64,000 nucleotides of DNA from an uncultured Verrucomicrobiae bacterium (GTDB lineage: Bacteria > Verrucomicrobiota > Verrucomicrobiia > Chthoniobacterales > JAATET01): contig CAVXHK010000001.1 of NCBI GenBank assembly GCA_963761705.1, positions 1,283,140-1,347,139 of the forward strand, given 5' to 3'. Below, piece by piece: positions 59,389 through 64,000 of the stretch. Within the stretch, counting starts at the first letter, position 1. Each line of letters opens with the position of its first letter. The notes under the pieces were generated by a model. That model was not told the DNA's origin. It searched no databases and saw only the letters and a list, made by a program, of their open reading frames with translations. A program made the position numbers and the translations under genes.

Positions 59389-59792
59389 CCGCCACGGTAG
59401 TAGCCACGACCGCCCCGGGTGTAGTAGCGGCTGGGGTAGTAGCTGACGCCGACGCGGGGGCGATTCACGTAGCGACCGCGGCGCCAATTCCAGTTGTTGC
59501 CCGACCAAGCGTAGTGGCCCTGGACGTAGACGGGGTCGCGGTAGCCCGCCGGGATCACGGTGGGGCGCTGCTCGTAGATCGGGCGAGGGCGGGGTTGGGT
59601 GACGACAATTTCGCGGGGTTCGTTGTATTCGTAGTAGTAATTATCGTCGTAGCCGGGGTCGTTGCGGATGGCTCCGAAGATGGCGCGACCGATCGGATCG
59701 GGTGGGGTGAATTGGCCGCGCGAGTTCACGCAGCTTGTGAGCGTCAGTGCGGCGGTGCCCGCGGCGAGGAGGAGGGCGATGTGGATTTTCAT
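59376..59792 (-). CDS. lipoprotein rich in Tyr/Trp/Arg/Gly (YxWGxW-like repeats)
   Basis: Trimmed to ATG 59792. Lipobox LTLTSC. The C-terminus is ...YYTRGGRGYYRGGYWR. Confidence 0.6.
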   Translation of the reverse strand: MKIHIALLLAAGTAALTLTSCVNSRGQFTPPDPIGRAIFGAIRNDPGYDDNYYYEYNEPREIVVTQPRPRPIYEQRPTVIPAGYRDPVYVQGHYAWSGNNWNWRRGRYVNRPRVGVSYYPSRYYTRGGRGYYRGGYWR

Positions 59793-59857
59793 GATGGGCG
59801 ACAGGTTGGTTGCGAACGGAATTGCCGTGCGTGGCAAAAGCGTGCAGTCAATAGAGC

Positions 59858-60037
59858 ATGGAAACCGAGCCGCTCCCACCGTCCTTTTCAAAAACCTACC
59901 TCATTTTCATCGTCATCGGTGCATTGTTGTTCGTCGGGATTTTCGTGGGATTTGCGGTGTTGGGTGACGACGTCCCATCGACGCCGGGTGACACCGAAGA
60001 ACTGCAACAGCCCGCGGGTGAGCGCCTCGACCAGTGA
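59858..60037 (+). CDS. 59-aa single-TM protein, translationally coupled to the NYN-LOTUS gene
   Basis: METEPLPPSFSKTYLIFIVIGALLFVGIFVGFAVLGDD... The stop overlaps the GTG at 60034 (GTGA). Below the track length cutoff. Confidence 0.4.
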   Translation: METEPLPPSFSKTYLIFIVIGALLFVGIFVGFAVLGDDVPSTPGDTEELQQPAGERLDQ

Positions 60038-60843
60038 GCGACTCCGACGCCACGATGGCGGTGTTTTTGGATCTCGAAAACATTGCGCTCGGCGCACGGG
60101 ACGCAAATTTCCCCCGCTTCGACATCCAGCTGGTGATGACGCGGCTGCTCCTGCGCGGGCACATCGTGGTAAAGAAAGCCTACTGCGACTTCGAGCGGTA
60201 TCGGGAGTTCAAGCGGGACTTGCACGAGGCCGCGTTCGAGCTGATCGAGATTCCGCACATCCGGCAGTCGGGCAAAAATAGCGCCGACATTCGCATGGTC
60301 GTCGACGCGCTCGACCTCTGCTACACGAAGCCGCACTTGGACACGTTCGTGGTGCTGAGCGGCGACTCGGACTTCTCGCCGCTGGTCAGTAAGCTGCGGG
60401 AAAACGCGAAAACGGTCGTCGGCGTCGGGGTGAAGAGTTCCAGCTCGGACCTGTTCATCAACAATTGCGATGAGTTCATTTACTACGATGATCTCGTGCG
60501 GGAGCGGCCGGTGAAAAAGACGTCGCGGCCCGCGCGGAAGCCGCCCGAGTCGAAAGAGAATGGGGCTGCGGTCGAGGCGACGCCGGGCAAAGGTCCGACG
60601 CTCGAGCAGGCGCTCGACCAGCTGGCGGCGACGCTTGAAGCTCTCGTTGAGGAGCGGGGCGATGACATCATCTGGGCGTCCATGATCAAGCCAGCGATGA
60701 AGCGGCGCAATCCCGGCTTCAACGAGCGGGCGCACGGGTTTCGTTCCTTCAACGATCTGCTCAAAGCGGCGGAGAAAGAGGGCATCGTCGCGCTCGAGCG
60801 CAACGAGAAGCTCGGACAATACAGCGTGCGCCCGGTCGAGTAG
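60034..60843 (+). CDS. NYN (LabA/DUF88, PIN-like) domain protein with C-terminal OST-HTH/LOTUS domain
   Basis: Contains AVFLDLENIALG, VVLSGDSDFSPLVSKLRE and a C-terminal IIWASMIKPAMKRRNPGFNERAHGFRSFNDLLKAAEKEG. Alternative ATG at 60055. Confidence 0.88.
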   Translation: MSDSDATMAVFLDLENIALGARDANFPRFDIQLVMTRLLLRGHIVVKKAYCDFERYREFKRDLHEAAFELIEIPHIRQSGKNSADIRMVVDALDLCYTKPHLDTFVVLSGDSDFSPLVSKLRENAKTVVGVGVKSSSSDLFINNCDEFIYYDDLVRERPVKKTSRPARKPPESKENGAAVEATPGKGPTLEQALDQLAATLEALVEERGDDIIWASMIKPAMKRRNPGFNERAHGFRSFNDLLKAAEKEGIVALERNEKLGQYSVRPVE

Positions 60844-60849
60844 TCGGGG
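60793..60849 (+). repeat. direct repeat copy 1 (authentic 3' end of the NYN-LOTUS gene)
   Basis: CTCGAGCGCAACGAGAAGCTCGGACAATACAGCGTGCGCCCGGTCGAGTAGTCGGGG, matched at about 85 percent by 61499..61556. Confidence 0.7.
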
Positions 60850-61498
60850 CGAGGGATCGAACGCGAGCGCTGATGCGGGATCGTTTCAGCGAGTTTCCGG
60901 GCCGATTCGTCGGAATTTGCCGGAAGATGTGGGCAAGTGGGTCGAGGAATTCCTCGCGCCGCCGGTCCGCCTCGCGGGGTGCGAGCTTCAGCCCAAAATT
61001 GATCCGAGGACAAATTAGCAACTGAATTCATGACCGATCGGGCTTTTTTGAATCAGGGTCGGCGCTTCAATCGCCCTCTTCTGTTGGCTCGGAGGGGTCT
61101 CTTTGCGGGTCCAGGCCCTCGTCGATGCGACGATCTCGCCGGCGGGAACTTCCGCTTTCACGTTCAACCCGAGCGGGATGTTTCCGGCACGGGCGCGCAG
61201 TTTGGCCTCAGCCTTTTGGGTAACGGGGCCGACGGAGCATCGACCAGCCAGGATGGGGTGAAGGCTTCGGGGAGAGCGTTCAGCGGCGGCATCACGGTGA
61301 CCCTTTTCGGTGGCACGAGCGCCACGCCCGGTATTTCTCGGGTGCACTGAGCGGCAGTGCGGGCTGGCAACTGCAGACCAGCGATCGCACAAGCGTCTTC
61401 ATCGGACACGAGTGGGAATACTCGGACGGGGTGACCAGCAACGGCGCGGCCGCGGGCGTGAATTCTCGGTTCTGACCCCGGGGGGGGACCCGCCGCGC

Positions 61499-61556
61499 CT
61501 CGAGAGCGCAGCGAGAAGTTTGGGCAATGCGGCGTGCGCCCGGTCGAGTCGTCGGG
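61499..61556 (+). repeat. direct repeat copy 2 (decayed duplicate of the NYN-LOTUS 3' end)
   Basis: CTCGAGAGCGCAGCGAGAAGTTTGGGCAATGCGGCGTGCGCCCGGTCGAGTCGTCGGG. It has one extra base relative to copy 1 and has lost the stop codon. Confidence 0.7.
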
Positions 61557-61571
61557 TAGGATTTTCGCTCG

Positions 61572-61886
61572 ATGCTCCGCAAAGCCTTCGTCCTCCAACT
61601 CCTCCCCGGCCACGAGGCCGAGTATCAGCGACGCCACGACGAGATATGGCCCGACATGGTCGCCATGCTGAAGCGGCACGGCGTGCATCATTACGTCATC
61701 TTCTTGGACCCGGAGACCTTGCAGCTTTTCGGGTCGCTGGAGATCGAGGATGAAGTCCGGTTTGCGGCGGTGCCGGGTACCGAAGAGTGCCTACGGTGGT
61801 GGAAATACATGGACGACATCATGGTTTACCATCCGGACGGGACGCCGAAAGCGCGGGAGCTGCGCGAGGTGTTCTACTTAAACTGA
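61572..61886 (+). CDS. rhaM: L-rhamnose mutarotase
   Basis: 104 aa; MLRKAFVLQLLPGHEAEYQRRHDEIWPDMVAMLKRHGVHHYVIF... Confidence 0.9.
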   Translation: MLRKAFVLQLLPGHEAEYQRRHDEIWPDMVAMLKRHGVHHYVIFLDPETLQLFGSLEIEDEVRFAAVPGTEECLRWWKYMDDIMVYHPDGTPKARELREVFYLN

Positions 61887-62156
61887 GCGGCTCGGTCAGT
61901 CAGTCGGTTGTTCAACCTCGCGCGGCGGCCTCGCCCTGGTCTCCGAGCCTTCCGATCGCTCCGCGAACGAATTGAACGTGAAAAATCTTTCCCGTTCTGA
62001 TGGCGCGCCTCCGTGATCGGGGTAACCGAGTGCCCCGAGTCAGCGTTGGTTATTTCTGAGGATGATGCGTCTTTCGATCCGTTTGACCGCTCTGAGTTTC
62101 CGAGTGACGAAGTCGGCGCTTGGGGCGAGACCTGGTTTACCCCGGCGCGAGTTCGC

Positions 62157-62702
62157 TCAATCCAGGCGGGCGGAGATGATCGAGCCGTTGGTGGCGAGGA
62201 TCTGAAGCTCGCCGATGTCGTTGCCGGCGGGGTCGTAGCACCAGACGGACCAGATCGGGGCGGCGCTGGCGCCTTCTTGCTCGAGGACGTAGCTGACGGT
62301 GCCGAGGCGCTTGCCATGGCTCCGGCAGTAGTCGACCGCGATGTCCCAGGCTCCGAGGGAGTCGATCTCGAGCTTGGCAAGATTGATTGGCGTGGGTTTG
62401 CCGAGGAGGGCACCGAGGTTGAAGGAGGGTTTCTCGAGGTTGAGGACGCCGTTGGTGACTTCGAGCGAGTAGACGTCGTTGGCTTTGTTGGCGTTGCGTG
62501 CCTGGAAATACCAGGTTTCGGGGTTCGGGTTGCCGTCGTCGGCGGAGACTTTTACGATACCTCGGCGGTATTCTGGCGGGAGGACTTGAATGGTGTCGAG
62601 GAAGCCACCGGGTGCAGTGAGCCGGGAGGGGTCGGTGATGTCCGCGCGGGCGGCGAGCGGCAGGGCGAGGGCGAATGCGAAAAGGAACGCGAGTAGCTTC
62701 AT
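62157..62702 (-). CDS. secreted protein of unknown function
   Basis: Trimmed to ATG 62702. Signal peptide MKLLAFLFAFALALPLAARA; 181 aa. Confidence 0.6.
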   Translation of the reverse strand: MKLLAFLFAFALALPLAARADITDPSRLTAPGGFLDTIQVLPPEYRRGIVKVSADDGNPNPETWYFQARNANKANDVYSLEVTNGVLNLEKPSFNLGALLGKPTPINLAKLEIDSLGAWDIAVDYCRSHGKRLGTVSYVLEQEGASAAPIWSVWCYDPAGNDIGELQILATNGSIISARLD

Positions 62703-62783
62703 GGGGACACCGATAGCCGACGCGGCGGGACCCGTCCAGCGGTGGGCTTGCATTCGCGCGGGGAGGGGGCAGTTTCTGCGGCG

Positions 62784-63260
62784 ATGTCGGATGTTTTTTG
62801 GTGGTCACTGTCGGTGTTTCTCATGCTAGTCGGGCTGGCGGGGACGGTGGTGCCACTCATCCCGGGGACGGTGCTCATCCTGGCCGGGGCGATCCTGGTG
62901 CACGCGTTCATCGGCGTGATCGGGTGGTCGACTTTGATCGCCTTGATCGTGCTCGCGATCGTCGCGCAGGCGCTCGACATCGTGAGCGGATCTTTGGGGG
63001 CCAAATGGTTCGGCGCGACGCGGTGGGGCGCGGTCGGGGGAATCCTCGGGGCGATTGTTGGGCTATTTTTTGGGCTGATTGGGATCTTCGTCGGGCCGCT
63101 GGTCGGCGCGGTGGTCGGTGAGGTGCTGGGCGGGAAGGGGATCCTCCCGGCGGGGAAATCGGGTTGGGGAACGCTGGTGGGGACGACGGCGGGGATCGTC
63201 GGGAAATTTGCCATTGGCGTGATCATGATCGGGTGGTTCGCGGTGGCGGCGATTCTCTGA
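62784..63260 (+). CDS. DUF456-family membrane protein
   Basis: Trimmed to ATG 62784. GTVVPLIPGTVLILAGAIL plus glycine-zipper-rich TM helices. Confidence 0.8.
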   Translation: MSDVFWWSLSVFLMLVGLAGTVVPLIPGTVLILAGAILVHAFIGVIGWSTLIALIVLAIVAQALDIVSGSLGAKWFGATRWGAVGGILGAIVGLFFGLIGIFVGPLVGAVVGEVLGGKGILPAGKSGWGTLVGTTAGIVGKFAIGVIMIGWFAVAAIL

Positions 63261-63435
63261 GGCCGCGGATCGGACGGGTGGGGTGAAGGAGATTTTTAGC
63301 GCGGCGTTGCCGCTTTGGGCGGTCGTGATCCTGACGACGGTGCTCTTTCCGGCGGTTGTTGGGTTCGGTTGTCTGGCGCTGGCGGTGATGCTGGTCTGGC
63401 GTCGGCGGGTCATTTAATCCTCACTGTCGGGAGGT

Positions 63436-64000
63436 ATGGAGATGCATCAGCTGCGGTATTTCGTCGAGGTGGCGCGGCGGGGGAATTTCACGCGCGCGGC
63501 GGAGGCGTGCCACGTGACGCAGCCGACGCTCAGTCATCAAATCCACAAACTGGAGGACGAGCTGGGTGAGCCCCTCTTGGAGCGGCGGCGGAGCGGTGCG
63601 GTCACGACGGAGTTGGGGGATCGATTTTTTCCGAGAGCGGTGCGGATCCTGGAGGAAGTGGAACTGGCGCTGCGGGAGGCGGTTGAGCACCGGGACGCCG
63701 TGGAGGGAATGGTGCATTTGGGAGTGATCCCGACGGTTGCTCCCTACCTGCTGCCGGATCTGCTGGCGCGGGCAAGGGGAGAGCATCCTCGGATGAAGTT
63801 CGAGGTGCTGGAGGGGCCGACCCACGAGTTGCTTCGGAAGTTGCGGGCTGGAGACCTCGACGCGGCGATCTTGAGTCCGCCGGTGGACGGCCGGGATCTG
63901 CGGGTGCGCGATCTGATCGAGGACGAATTCCTGTTGGCGCTGCCGCCGGGGCACGACCTCGAGGGAGCGGAAAAAATTGGGATGGGCGAGATCGCGGGCG
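63436..64000 (+). CDS. LysR-family transcriptional regulator (OxyR-like), 3' end outside window
   Basis: MEMHQLRYFVEVARRGNFTRAAEACHVTQPTLSHQIHKLEDELG. Open to the window end, so it is absent from the track. Confidence 0.9.
   Translation, partial: MEMHQLRYFVEVARRGNFTRAAEACHVTQPTLSHQIHKLEDELGEPLLERRRSGAVTTELGDRFFPRAVRILEEVELALREAVEHRDAVEGMVHLGVIPTVAPYLLPDLLARARGEHPRMKFEVLEGPTHELLRKLRAGDLDAAILSPPVDGRDLRVRDLIEDEFLLALPPGHDLEGAEKIGMGEIAG

Noticed and set aside
58854-60281. 475-aa plus-strand ORF spanning the SDR 3' end, the lipoprotein and the NYN gene start
   Set aside because: It crosses three better-supported genes in other frames or on the other strand, and its composition is Gly/Arg/Ala-biased.
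63283-63417. 44-codon GTG ORF encoding a hydrophobic peptide between the DUF456 gene and the LysR gene
   Set aside because: Too short, with no recognisable motif and no coupling signal. The evidence is insufficient to call a gene.

Overview
GC-rich bacterial chromosome segment. Gene content and protein style suggest a Verrucomicrobiota/PVC-type organism, but that is inference only. No rRNA, CRISPR array, transposase, integrase or recognisable phage or defence genes were seen.

Layout:
- 1-13.9 kb: S10-spc-alpha ribosomal protein cluster (rplD to rpsD) with secY-adk-map-rpmJ.
- 14.4-20 kb: urate-to-allantoate catabolic cluster (uricase, OHCU decarboxylase, HIU hydrolase, allantoate amidohydrolase, allantoinase) plus a co-transcribed sulfotransferase.
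- 20-29.8 kb: cimA, membrane and protease genes, and tRNA-Phe.
- 29.8-39.4 kb: tamA, tamB and metH, all on the minus strand.
- 39.4-47.5 kb: housekeeping genes, including a relocated rpsN.
- 47.6-59.4 kb: MMPL transporter, GNAT, membrane-anchored repeat protein, a 2051-aa single-module fully reducing type I PKS, and an SDR.
- 59.4-64 kb: lipoprotein, NYN-LOTUS protein, rhaM, DUF456 protein, and a partial LysR regulator.

The ribosomal cluster departs from the usual layout in several ways:
- A secreted coiled-coil gene is inserted between rpsS and rplV.
- rpsN and rpmD are absent from their usual slots.
- A decayed infA relic sits where infA normally lies.
- rpoA-rplQ do not follow rpsD.
- S11 carries a long low-complexity N-terminal extension.
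- SecY has an extra C-terminal hydrophobic helix.

Most interesting finds:
- The orphan PKS-SDR-MMPL-GNAT lipid cluster.
- The remodelled ribosomal operon.
- A roughly 50-nt dispersed element that carries a sigma-54-like -24/-12 motif and a conserved hairpin.
- A 137-nt element closed by a 17-position stem.
- Three frame disruptions located in G/C runs.
- A duplicated gene 3' end flanking a 650-bp insert.

Many long ORFs in the six-frame track are antisense or alternative-frame artefacts of the high GC content and were not called.
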